DNA from: Marsupella aquatica
Lineage: Eukaryota; Plantae; Marchantiophyta
DNA length: 64,000 bases
Assembly (NCBI GenBank): GCA_973895155.1
Contig: OZ316897.1
Location: 21,427,455 to 21,491,454 of the forward strand
Direction of reading: 5' to 3'
In this document: positions 25,067-35,355 of the stretch, piece after piece
Numbering within the stretch: position 1 is the first letter of the stretch
How the letters are laid out: each line of letters begins with the position of its first letter
The notes under the pieces: model-generated
The model's input: the letters and a program-made list of their open reading frames with translations, nothing else
What the model was told of the DNA's origin: nothing
The model's database searches: none
Position numbers and translations under genes: made by a program

Positions 25067-27129
25067 CTTCTATACTGTAACTAATGAGCTGTGCACCCAA
25101 AGAACACAACGAACAATGGAAAACGGATGCTCCTGCTCAATATCGGTAGCAAATTCCTCGTAGAATTTGAGGACTTGAACCAATGCACCACCAAGTTCAA
25201 GATCATACATCGAGCATCTCTAGGTCGAATGTATGAGCATTCGATAATTCGCTCTACTACCCGCGTTCCAGGACGTACAGATCTAGCTTCTGGATTGACT
25301 AAGCTACAGCTTTCCATGTATGGGAAGTAGAGTACATTACAATGTTAACCGGAAATGGAACGCAGTAGCGCTGACGCGTTTAGTTTGGTATTTTGAAAGC
25401 GCTTAAACGGTCATTTCTTCGACCCGATGATCGCGCGAACTGGATCCAACTAGCGAAGCTGTTTCAAGGAAGTTAGGTTTTCAAAACGGTCATTGGTACG
25501 ACGGATGACCACAGGAAAGGTGTTCCAACAGTTGAAATTTCAAAGTTATTAGAACGGTCATTAATCCTATGACGCGATGATATAGGAATTTTCGGGGTAG
25601 TGAATTGAGCTACCACACCGTCCATGTGCTCTACGATTGATGATTTAGGAATTTTAAGGGGAAGCTTAGAATGAACACGTTAGAAGGTCGAATTTGGAAT
25701 TTATGCAGGGTCCCCTCGACTCGAGTTACATCCCAGACCTGACGACTGTGGAGAGTCAAGCTCCGCAGACCCAGTAAGACCACAAATCAACAGCGTGGAA
25801 ACGTATGACCAGATAGGCTAGACACGACGCCAATCCTTACTGTACGTGGTGGTGACTGTCGATCGAGTGTGCCATTTTAGTAGTTCTTTTTTTGGTGAAG
25901 TGGCTAATGCAAACTCTGCGTTGAACAAACTAAGTGTCGATACACCTGGAAAGTTCATGCCCGTAGGAAGGGTTGCCCCTCACTCCAATCTCATAGCCAC
26001 TTCCATTTGTGTACTAATGTGCACCCTCGTCCCTTTGGACAATGATTTACTCAGAGATCGAACTGAGCTTTAGTACAGCTGACTCCAGCCTCCATCGCGT
26101 CATTGACCCTCCCGAGCCGTCGAACGCAATGAGTTCTCGTGAGACCGCTACCTTGCCGAGGAGCTAGTTGCCCAATGCACTGAAGGAGGAATCATGGTAG
26201 GAAAGTAACTGTAAGGCTGCACAGCGAGACAGATTATATGATACCTACCCGGCAATGGCGCCCCGGTTCAACTACAGCACTCTTGAGACATCATCGTGTG
26301 AACTCTTTGAAATAAGGCGTTAGAAGCTGTAAATGAGAACCCTCCGAGTACTGGAGATGACTAAGAAATCCGATCAGAAAGGTGATAGTGCAACTGAAGT
26401 GGAGCGTTGATTGTAATAGAGTACAGTTTCTGAGAATTCTCGAAGAACCCTATTGACGAATGACCCGAACGAAATCCTGGTATTGTGCGTTGAGCTTGAA
26501 AGGTGGCCTTCGATACTTCACATTACCTGGAATAGAGTCCAATGAGGCTGTAACCGAGAGCAGAAATGCTGTTTCCATCAAGCCGCTGAGAAGTCGAATA
26601 CAAATTAGGAGATTGAATTTGTACGTACCAAAAGAAGGTGATCTCTAGTCTTTTCAATGCAGCGACACTGTTACTGTTTTATTGTTATTAGTAGTATAAT
26701 TCCGCTGTGTACTCCAAAACTAAACAAAGAGTTCTCCTGCGGATCGAGAAAGTTAGGGAACTAAATTTCAACTTCTGTGCAATCTAAGGACTCAACGTCA
26801 ATGGTCTTGTAATGTCTGTATAACAGACTGACCTGAACAAACGTGCCCCACATATGCTGCAGAATAGAAGCTAAAAGAGTCTGAGGTCTTTAATTTCCTA
26901 CACCCATTTGAAAGAATCCATTCGGACGGCCACAGTTTCCTAGACGGGGGTACAACTTGTGCGATACCAAAAAATTGACTTCGTTCAAAGGACATCCACT
27001 GTTTGGCCCGATATGTATAAGCTCACAGATCTAAAGTAGATAGAATTGTAGAATCGTTTTCAGATTCCTACAGATCTACAGAACATGGAATTCCAGTTCA
27101 ATCTTTTTCCAATTACTCCATATCTAAAG

Positions 27130-27888
27130 CAAATAGTATTGTAGAATCAGGATCGAATGCCCCTAAAGAGCGTTGAACTATCTCAAGCACAATTTCTTCG
27201 TCCGCACCACTGAACCCTTTCGTTTGAAAAACACAATCTCCTCCTTCGTTTTCTTCATGATGCCCACGCAGTTAAGAGCTCACCACCAACCATTACAGTC
27301 TGACCGCCAAGTCCAAAGTCTAGATCAGGGGATACATACGAAAATCTCTCATATTTCATCCCACCGAGATAAAACTTAATGCAAAGGATCCCATGACAAT
27401 AACCTTTCACTGTCATCATTCGTATCTTTAAAATGATGGAAGCATCCATTTACGATAAACATTTACGATGGTGAACACGACTCCCCGATCCCGTGTCGTT
27501 TTATCCGCTACACGTGTTCAATCCGGCTCGCACAGAGAAGATGTGCTACTATGCACAAGCACAGACATCTTTTTGCTGTTGGGGCCCTCCGTAAAAAGGT
27601 TTATGTGTTCGGAAGCTCGGATGGCGGACATGTACCTGAATGTGAACTGGACGGTCAACCAGGTCCAGTATAGCGGACATGTGGATCCTCGATCATATCA
27701 TCATGTTGCAGTAATGAGTGGAGTGTTTGGCACTATTATCCAGACAACGATGAGTGGGACACATGGTACGATCCTGCCAATGGGGGCGGCGTGTTCATTA
27801 GCGACATATTTGTGGTAAACGGATGCTTCCATCGCTTTACAGATACGAATGATTGCATTGAAAGGTTCACTTATATTGATCGCGAGCC
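27130..27888. pseudogene. Rearranged Kelch remnant: 3' part on minus strand (27130-27486), middle part inverted on plus strand (27510-27888)
   Basis: Plus strand reads KVYVFGSSDGG, YYPDNDEWDTWYDP and VNGCFHRFTDTNDCIER, homologous to the 24060-25066 gene; the minus part has VMVGGELLT. Confidence 0.85.
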
Positions 27889-30301
27889 AGCAGACAAACT
27901 TAACGTCGAGTCACCTGGAAAATTCATTACTGTAGCCAGGATTGCCCCTCACTCCGATCTCAAAAAGGCACTTCCATTTGTGGACTAATGTGCACCCTCA
28001 TCCTGTCGGACATTGATCGGCTGTCAAGAAACGAAGCTTTTCACAGTGACCTCTCTTAGACATGGAACTGAGCTCCGAACAGCTGACTCCGGCCTCCATC
28101 GCTTCATTGGCACTCCCGAGCTGTCGAACAAAATGACTGTCTGAGACCGCTACCTCTCAGAGGAGCTAGTTGTCTTATGCACTGAATTAGGAATCATGGT
28201 CGGAAAGTAACTGTAAGGGCTACACATTGCAGCAAGGCAGGTTATATGGTACCTACTGACAGGGCAGTGGCGCCCCGGTTCAATTGCAGTACTCTTGAGA
28301 GAGCATCGTTTGAACTCTTCCAAGTAAGGCTTTGGAAGCTGTAAGTGAGAACCTTCCGACTACTATTGAGATGAGTAAGGAATTTAAAGGAGCGTTGATT
28401 GTAATCGAGTACAGTTGCTTGCTGAGACTTCTCCAAAAAACCGTATTGACGAATGAGCCGAACGACATCCTGGGATTGTGCATTAAGCTTGAAACATGTC
28501 CTTCGATACTGGACACTACCTGGACTAGAGTGTAATGAGGGTGTAACAGAGAGCAGAAATGAGGTTTCCATCAAGCAGCTGAAAAGTCGAATGCAAACTA
28601 GGAGATTGAATGACGTATCTAAGGAAGGTGATCTCTTGCCTTTTCAAAGCACCGACATGTTATTATTGTATTTGTAGTACAATTCTGTGAACTCCAACAC
28701 TAATCAAAGAGATGTCCTCCATAGGCAGAGGAAATAGGGAGCTAACTAACGGGTTAATTAATTCACTTGGCTAAGGGATTAGCCTGGAACTAAGGTCCCA
28801 AGTTCAATTTATCCCCGTTCACACACAAGGGTGTGAAGAGTATATGTGTATGAATGGGACAAGTTTTGTGGGATGGGTAGTGAATGGGAGTTCTGATTAT
28901 CCTATGGGAGCCCCCATGGTCCATAGAAAAGGGCCCCAAAAATGAGACTTTTTGTCAGCCTGGGCAGGTCCTTAATATTTATAAAGTTTCAGGAGTTAAC
29001 TGTGGCTCTTTGTGTGGTTGAATTAAAGCTAGCTGCCTTAACCTGGCAGGGTTAGAGTCACATAACTGCGCTTGAAAGGTGAACACCACAAAAAGTATGG
29101 TACTGCAAGGAAATTCCTAGTTGCTTGCATGGCATTAATACCCTTAGTTTTATGTAAACTTGCTTAAGCCTACTCCTCCGTCACTGTAATTTATAATTTA
29201 TTTATTTACAATAACAAAACAAAAAACATTGCTACAGTAATTATGAAGTGGGGGAAGCGACCCTTTTTCACGTAGCTCCCACTTGTTGGCTTCAATATTA
29301 CCGTTTACGCTGAGAACCTATTTGGGAGAACCCTGCAGTTTTCTATCATGAGTAATTCGTGTCGCCTACACTAGTTAACTGGTCAATAGCATCCTTCTGG
29401 GCAGCTACGGTTGTGTTTACCGTTCCTACGTGGTGCAGGAATCTTTGAGCAGGGTAGTACAGTTGTGTTTACTGTTCCTACGTGGTGAAGGAATCTTTTG
29501 CCGGCTCAGCTTCTTGATCTGTTGTTTTTACATACAAGCTTGAATGCACATTCTTTGAATTTTTTTTTTTTTCCCTCGAAAAAACTAATTGAATGTTTTA
29601 CAAGAATGATTCATTTTGACATCCATACATTTGGTTGTTCTTTCTATTTGCAAATTTTCTTCCTATTTGCAATTTTTGGTAGGGATGTCATTGTTCTTTC
29701 CATTTGCAAATTTTGGTGGGGCCTTGGAGTCATATGTATAAGCTTCACTCTAGAAGCCAAGACCCCACCTCTAGCTTCTCTGTTGGTTATCTATTTGGAA
29801 GATGTAGAACCGCAAAGGAAAAATATTGCCTTATTAAAAGACAGGACACTGAAGGCAAGGCCACTGTTGGGCAACAAGTTCACGAACGTAAGCATAGTGA
29901 GGAAGTCTATATAAAAAACTCTGGCATAAACTGCAAGAGTAAGTCTATACAAAACATTGTGGCATATTTGTAACTACAATAGAAACAGAGTGACACTATT
30001 ATAAATGGAACATTTTTAATAGCAATGACTACTAAAAAACTGAACGCCAAAAACCCAACAAAGGGCGAAAACCGAAGGGAAACGGGGAAAACCAAAGTGC
30101 CTGAAAGGGATAAAGATTCAAAAAGCCCTACTAAAACACAAATTCAACAGCCTGGTCGAGCTCCAAGGTAAATTGCACAGGAGGATCTCCAAGAAGGAGT
30201 TGACTAGAAATAATCCTTATAACCAACTGCCTTCTCCATGAACTAAGTTGATGTATGTCTCTCCTAAGAGCCCGTTTTCTGAAGCCATGACTTTGGGTCA
30301 C

Positions 30302-30316
30302 GGGACTATAAATACT
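30302..30316 (+). promoter_or_regulatory. TATA box of the germin-like pseudogene, displaced by the transposon
   Basis: GGGACTATAAATACT matches GGGACTTATAAATACT upstream of the intact paralog; downstream CTCTACCTTTGAG and GCAATTGCTTGAATC are shared too. Confidence 0.7.
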
Positions 30317-30856
30317 ATTGCTAACCATTCGACTTGAGAGCTCTACCTTTGAGTTTGAGATGTGCAATCAAGTGGACTTGATTGCCTTGATTGCTCTCTG
30401 CCGACAACAGGCAATTGCTTGAATCCTGATAGTTATATCAAATTGGGAGGGAGCGATTCGCCAGTACGGATCCTCATCTTTAAACACAGGAGCCGGCTCG
30501 ACTACTCTATTCGGTCATCCTTTTCGGGATGAGCGAAATCCCGGAGCTTTTTTCACATGCTAAGAGCATCCGCACCGGTTGAGGGCAAGCAGGCTGCCAT
30601 CGGTGCTGTTTGGCGGGGTGCTGTTTGGCGGGGTACTCTTTTCCAAGAATCTTCTTTGCACAGTTTGCACCCGTGCCCTCCTTTTGGGCTTCCAAATGTT
30701 CGTAACCTACGGTTTGAACCTAAGCGGCCTGGTTCGAACCTTCGTTTGACCTGAAGAATTGCCGTGGAATTCTGGCTGCGATGTTGCCTGCACTCTTGAG
30801 AAATTGAAAACGAGTTTCACTAGCAAGCTCAACCTAGGTTGCCGTAGAAATTAGCG

Positions 30857-32233
30857 ATGGTGATTCCAGAACCTCAATCCTATGCATACATTGCGCGACT
30901 TGAGGCTTGGCGAGAGAAATTGAAGAAAGAGATCGAATCGGAGTTGGCTGAAATGGAGGAAGAGCAAGCTTTTCTGAACGAATTGCTGTTCACTGGGCCA
31001 TTGTCCATGCAAGGTGTGGACTCGATTACTCAAAAACGCAAGCGAGGAGGGGGATCAGTACTTGGCAAGAGGGCCAATAAAGAGAGAAGGAGAGAACGTG
31101 GGCACCAGATGATATGGAACGATTATTTTGCTGAAAACTGTACATACGATGGAGTAGATTTTAGACGAAGGTTTAGAATGACGAAGAGACTCTTCAAAAA
31201 AATCTGCACTGCCGTGTGTGCACATGATAGTTTCTTCCAACAAAAACGAGATGCTACGAAGAAATTGGGTTTGTCTGGTCTCCAAAAAATTACTGCTGCA
31301 CTTCGGCAGCTTGCACAAGGAGTTGGGGCGGATGCTACTGATGAGTATTGTCGACTGGGAGAGTCTACTGCTCGAAAGTCCCTATACAGGTTCTGCAAAG
31401 CAATTCGAGAATTGTATGAAGAAAAGTACTTGAGGAAGCCAGATAAGAATGACTTTGAGAGACTCCTTGCTGTGAATGAGAAGAGAGGATTCCCAGGGAT
31501 GTTTGCTTCACTTGATTGCATGCACTATGAGTGGAAAAATTGTCCTGTGGCTTGGCAGGGACAATTCACCGACAAAGACGGCTTGAAGTCAGTAGTGCTT
31601 GAGGCAATTGCAGACCAAGAGTTGTGGATTTGGCATGCATTTTTTGGGTTGCCTGGTGGGAACAACGACTTAAATGTTCTAGATCGATCTCCACTGGTGA
31701 ATGACATGTTACATGACAACTACGATCAGGTCAAGTATACAATTAACGGCACAGAGTACAACAGAGCTTATCTTCTTGTTGATGGCATTTATCTGAAGTG
31801 GAGTTGTTTTGTGACAACAATTCACCAGCCCCAGTCTGAGAAGAAATGTTTTTTTGCAAAATGCCAAGAAGGTGTCAGAAAAGATGTCGAACGAGCCTTT
31901 GGAGTTTTCCAGGCACGATGGGGCATTGTCAAGCAGCCTGCCAGATCTTGGCACCTCGGAAGAGTGACAATGATTTTAATGGCATGTATTGTGCTTCATA
32001 ACATGATTATTGAGGATGAGAGAGGAGAGGTGCATGAGGATTTCCGGATGGAGGGAGGTCAATTATTGCCCGTGCAGAGAGGAACCATGCCATGGAAGGA
32101 CTACTTGGCTGCCACTGCCCAACTCGAAAGTCACTCTGGACACTTCAATTTGCGAAATGATCTTATTGAGCATTTGTGGAAGCGGAAGGGTGAGGTGAAA
32201 ATGGCAGATTGGATGAAACGAATGCAGATTTGA
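30857..32233 (+). CDS. PIF/Harbinger (HARBI1/Plant_tran-like) DDE transposase, 458 aa
   Basis: FRRRFRM, KITAALRQLAQG, RGFPGMFASLDCMHYEWKNCP, NNDLNVLDRSP, LVDGIY, RKDVERAFGV, CIVLHNMIIEDE. Confidence 0.96.
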   Translation: MVIPEPQSYAYIARLEAWREKLKKEIESELAEMEEEQAFLNELLFTGPLSMQGVDSITQKRKRGGGSVLGKRANKERRRERGHQMIWNDYFAENCTYDGVDFRRRFRMTKRLFKKICTAVCAHDSFFQQKRDATKKLGLSGLQKITAALRQLAQGVGADATDEYCRLGESTARKSLYRFCKAIRELYEEKYLRKPDKNDFERLLAVNEKRGFPGMFASLDCMHYEWKNCPVAWQGQFTDKDGLKSVVLEAIADQELWIWHAFFGLPGGNNDLNVLDRSPLVNDMLHDNYDQVKYTINGTEYNRAYLLVDGIYLKWSCFVTTIHQPQSEKKCFFAKCQEGVRKDVERAFGVFQARWGIVKQPARSWHLGRVTMILMACIVLHNMIIEDERGEVHEDFRMEGGQLLPVQRGTMPWKDYLAATAQLESHSGHFNLRNDLIEHLWKRKGEVKMADWMKRMQI

Positions 32234-32704
32234 CATTGTAGTGATAGACAGTTTGAATGTGGAAACGGGTAGAGCTACAGATAGAAATGTAGTTGTCAAC
32301 TTTCCTAGATTCTGAATCCAAAATGGTGCTCTGAAATGCAGACACTATTGTGCTGCCAATAGACATTGATAAAATTGAGACAACATTGAGACAAATGACA
32401 GCTCTCTGTGCTCTGCAATTGTCATCCCATCCCCTTGCAATCAATTATTCTGAATGGTGACCTGACTGCTGTAGAGGGCTGCTGAAATGACGAGAAGATT
32501 GAGACATAATGAGCAAATTTTTTGACTTTTTGTGCCCTGGTGTGTAGTGTCGTGGCAGAGGATTGAAAAAAGAAACACATCAGACATCAATTGCTAAACT
32601 TGTAATAAAAACTGGAATTCTTTCCAACGTTTTCATTTATAGAATTCACAAAATTACATCATCGGGCCTTTGACTCTCAAAAGGCATTTGCAAAAATCTT
32701 AAAA

Positions 32705-33670
32705 CTATTCTTCTATGTCAAATTCATGACCTCTTGCAAAAGTGGGCAGCTCTGCCTGCTCATCGTCCCTGTCATCACAAGGTGCCATGGGAACTGGGAG
32801 GGAGGTCCTTGCTGCTGTGGGGGGCAGTGGGTTGCTCTCTCTCGTCATCCTCTCTTTCAATTTAGCCATCTCGTGCTCCCTAAAGACTCGCAAAAAATCT
32901 TGGGTGGCACAGTCAAGATGATCTGTGGGCATGCTAAGCATATTCATGAATGTGGATGTCTCAAGGACTCTCAAACGCTGACGACCAGTTTCTGCAATGA
33001 TTTTTTGAGCTTGGGCAGAGACTCTAAATGCATCTTCTTGGGCCTTCAATCTCTTGGCATTGTCTTTCGCCATCTTGCTTCCAGGGGGTCTCTTCATCGA
33101 TGTTCCCACTGCACTGCCATTGTCATTCGGCTCCTTGTCGATGTCAGAATCAATGTTGCCATCAGAGAACTGAGGGGAATTCTCCTTGTCTACTTGCTCA
33201 TCGTGAAATTGCTTTTGCTTCCGGGCAATTGGCTGTTTGGGATTCGACTTCCCCTTGGCCATCGGATCTTGAGGCATTGCCCACCTTGGACAATCTTTCA
33301 AGATATGCCAGCAAACTGAGAATGAGAACTCTTTGCCCTTGGGATGGCGCTGTTTGTAGAGCTCTCTAGCCTTCTCTATTGTGTCGTCAGCATTGGTGCC
33401 AGAAATGTCGAGGGCGTCTACCGTATTGTGGCAGCCAATAAATCTAGACACGTCCTTTCGAATCTCACCCCACTTACTTTCAAGAGACTTGGCTGTCCTC
33501 AGCTCGGTTCCTCCCGGCTTGCTTCTCTCGTAGTGCTCTGCAATGCGCTCCCAAAAGCTATCCTTCTTTTGCCCCGACCCAACACATGGGTCTTGTGAAA
33601 TGTCCAAAAAACTATAGCACAATTGTTTCAACTCTGGGGCACTAAAATTCTTCCCTCGCTGCGCTGCCAT
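32705..33670 (-). CDS. Harbinger ORF1: Myb/SANT-like DNA-binding protein with NAM-associated region, ~321 aa
   Basis: RGKNFSAPELKQLC..ISQDP..GSGQKKDSFWERI..RTAKSLESKW; FSFSVCWHILKDCPRW; RPPGSKMAK. ATG at 33670. Confidence 0.93.
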   Translation of the reverse strand: MAAQRGKNFSAPELKQLCYSFLDISQDPCVGSGQKKDSFWERIAEHYERSKPGGTELRTAKSLESKWGEIRKDVSRFIGCHNTVDALDISGTNADDTIEKARELYKQRHPKGKEFSFSVCWHILKDCPRWAMPQDPMAKGKSNPKQPIARKQKQFHDEQVDKENSPQFSDGNIDSDIDKEPNDNGSAVGTSMKRPPGSKMAKDNAKRLKAQEDAFRVSAQAQKIIAETGRQRLRVLETSTFMNMLSMPTDHLDCATQDFLRVFREHEMAKLKERMTRESNPLPPTAARTSLPVPMAPCDDRDDEQAELPTFARGHEFDIEE

Positions 33671-34041
33671 GCTTGAAATGAATGGAGATTGCACACAGTG
33701 TCAACTTTTGCAGACTTCGCGCGTACAGAGATTGCATGCGAGGACCAGAGGGGACCACGAGCAGAACGTGAGAGCACTGTACAGTGAGAAATCTGCATTC
33801 CTCGATGCATGTCGATGCAAACACTGCAGGGCGGGACCACAAAGAGAATGTGTTTGAACTTGCCCAGATGAGGACATGTGGTGCTTTGTGGAGCGTAGAT
33901 TGGATTTCTCTGGCCAGGGAGAAACATTTTGCCGCTCGGAATATCTGGCTGAATTGCAGGTCTGGATTTCGAATGAGCCTGGAGCCGGGAAAGCATTTGG
34001 GGATCCCGGGCATGGGTGCAAGCCCGATATTCCCCTTCACT

Positions 34042-34125
34042 CTCCAATTCTGACGTTTTGCAGGCACCGGTCCGGACCCAGGGCTCCAATTCTGACGTTT
34101 TGCAGGCACCGGTCCGGACCCAGGG
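34042..34125. repeat. 42-bp perfect tandem duplication in the transposon subterminal region
   Basis: CTCCAATTCTGACGTTTTGCAGGCACCGGTCCGGACCCAGGG x2. Confidence 0.95.
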
Positions 34126-34300
34126 CACGGGTGCGGATGCTCTAAGGTCTCCGTTGCCGAACGAACCCGGAAACATTGCCAGCCGCTACGGGTACGGGCA
34201 GACTAGCGACAGTTGTGGCTGTAGGGACGGCGGTTGGCGGCATTGCAACCACTAAGACGATCGCCGCCGTTCAGGTGGGGATCCGATCAATCGATGGCCC

Positions 34301-35355
34301 ATGGCGAGATTTCTGTTGCTTGTGGGCCTGCTGGTGTCGGCACTGATGGTGCACAACGCTCTTGGGAGTGATTCCGAGCTGATCACCGATCGATTTCAAT
34401 GTCACCAATCCGACCGTGGGCGATTTCACCTTCAGGGGATTCGAAAAGCCGACGTAGTTAGGCAAGGGAATAGCGATGCCCACTGGCGCTGGCATTAGAG
34501 GACTCAGCGGGCTCGGCCTTGCGGCTGTGCTGTTCGAGTCGGCGCAGAGTCACAGACTGATCCCCACACTCATCCTCGCGGAACCGAAGTGTTCTACGTG
34601 CTTCAGGTACTTCTCGAATGAAAACGCACGTAATCACTGCCGTCTGCATTATGCCAATATAATACGAATCAATGGCTTTCCGTTGTCCAGAACTTGTTAG
34701 GCTTTTAATCGATTACCATCCACATCCTGTTTGTTGACCAAGTCGTATCAATATTTGCATTACGTCCGTGCTGATTGAACATTAAAGAACTTCAATACGA
34801 CACCTACGGTAGGCTCTCAGTAGCCGCGTTAAAGAGTCTTTCATTCCCTGTAGCTCAGTTTCCATCCTTCACCACTTTTACATAATGTAATGAACTTGAA
34901 TGTGGTATAGTCATACCGGACACCATAGTTGCTCAGGGTGCGTGAATTTCTAAGATGTACAGAATCTTGATTTTGCAGGTGATGAAGAGAAAGATGACTG
35001 AATTACTTCGTGGACGATTGTTGTATTGTTCTGTGGATTTAGGGGAACTTGACGCGGGATTTTTGAAACCGCAAATAACCTATTCGAGACAACCGTGAAG
35101 GCAGGCGATATCTTTGTGTTTCCAAAGGGTACTTTGCACTGGCAGCGCAATAATGGTAAGGGAACGGTTTCAGGCTTTGCTGCGCCCTCCACTGAGAACC
35201 CCGGAACACTCCTGATTGCCAAAGCTCTGTTCAGCGCCGGTAGCAAAGGTCGATCTCCCCGACATTGCTCTCAGCACTGCAGTCAGTGGCAACAACGAGG
35301 AAATCGACCAGATCAAGCAGACCGTTGCCATTCGGAACAATATCACCTTAAATGA
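34301..35355 (+). pseudogene. Germin-like protein pseudogene (exons ~34301-34606 and 35043-35355)
   Basis: Signal peptide, DPHTHPRGTEV and GDIFVFPKGTLHWQRN motifs; 4-bp insertion at ~34390 and several 1-bp deletions relative to 41559-42612; same intron position. Confidence 0.93.

Larger units (their letters stand above)
23730..28740. repeat. Tandem segmental duplication of a Kelch-containing unit (23730-26770 vs rearranged 26790-28740)
   Basis: 23745-24460 matches 26810-27486; 25925-26760 matches 27890-28740. Confidence 0.85.
30564..34142. mobile_element. Full-length PIF/Harbinger DNA transposon (3579 bp)
   Basis: 13-bp perfect TIR GAGCATCCGCACC / GGTGCGGATGCTC; TAA TSD at 30561-30563 and 34143-34145; two convergent open ORFs. 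Confidence 0.97.

Noticed and set aside
29498-29973. ORFs of 138 aa and 89 aa upstream of the germin promoter
   Set aside because: Non-ATG starts, low-complexity T/A-rich sequence, no motifs.
32726-34255. Multiple overlapping ORFs in the Harbinger right half (e.g. 197 aa, 182 aa, 155 aa)
   Set aside because: Antisense to ORF1, or crossing the TIR/GC-rich subterminal region; no motifs.
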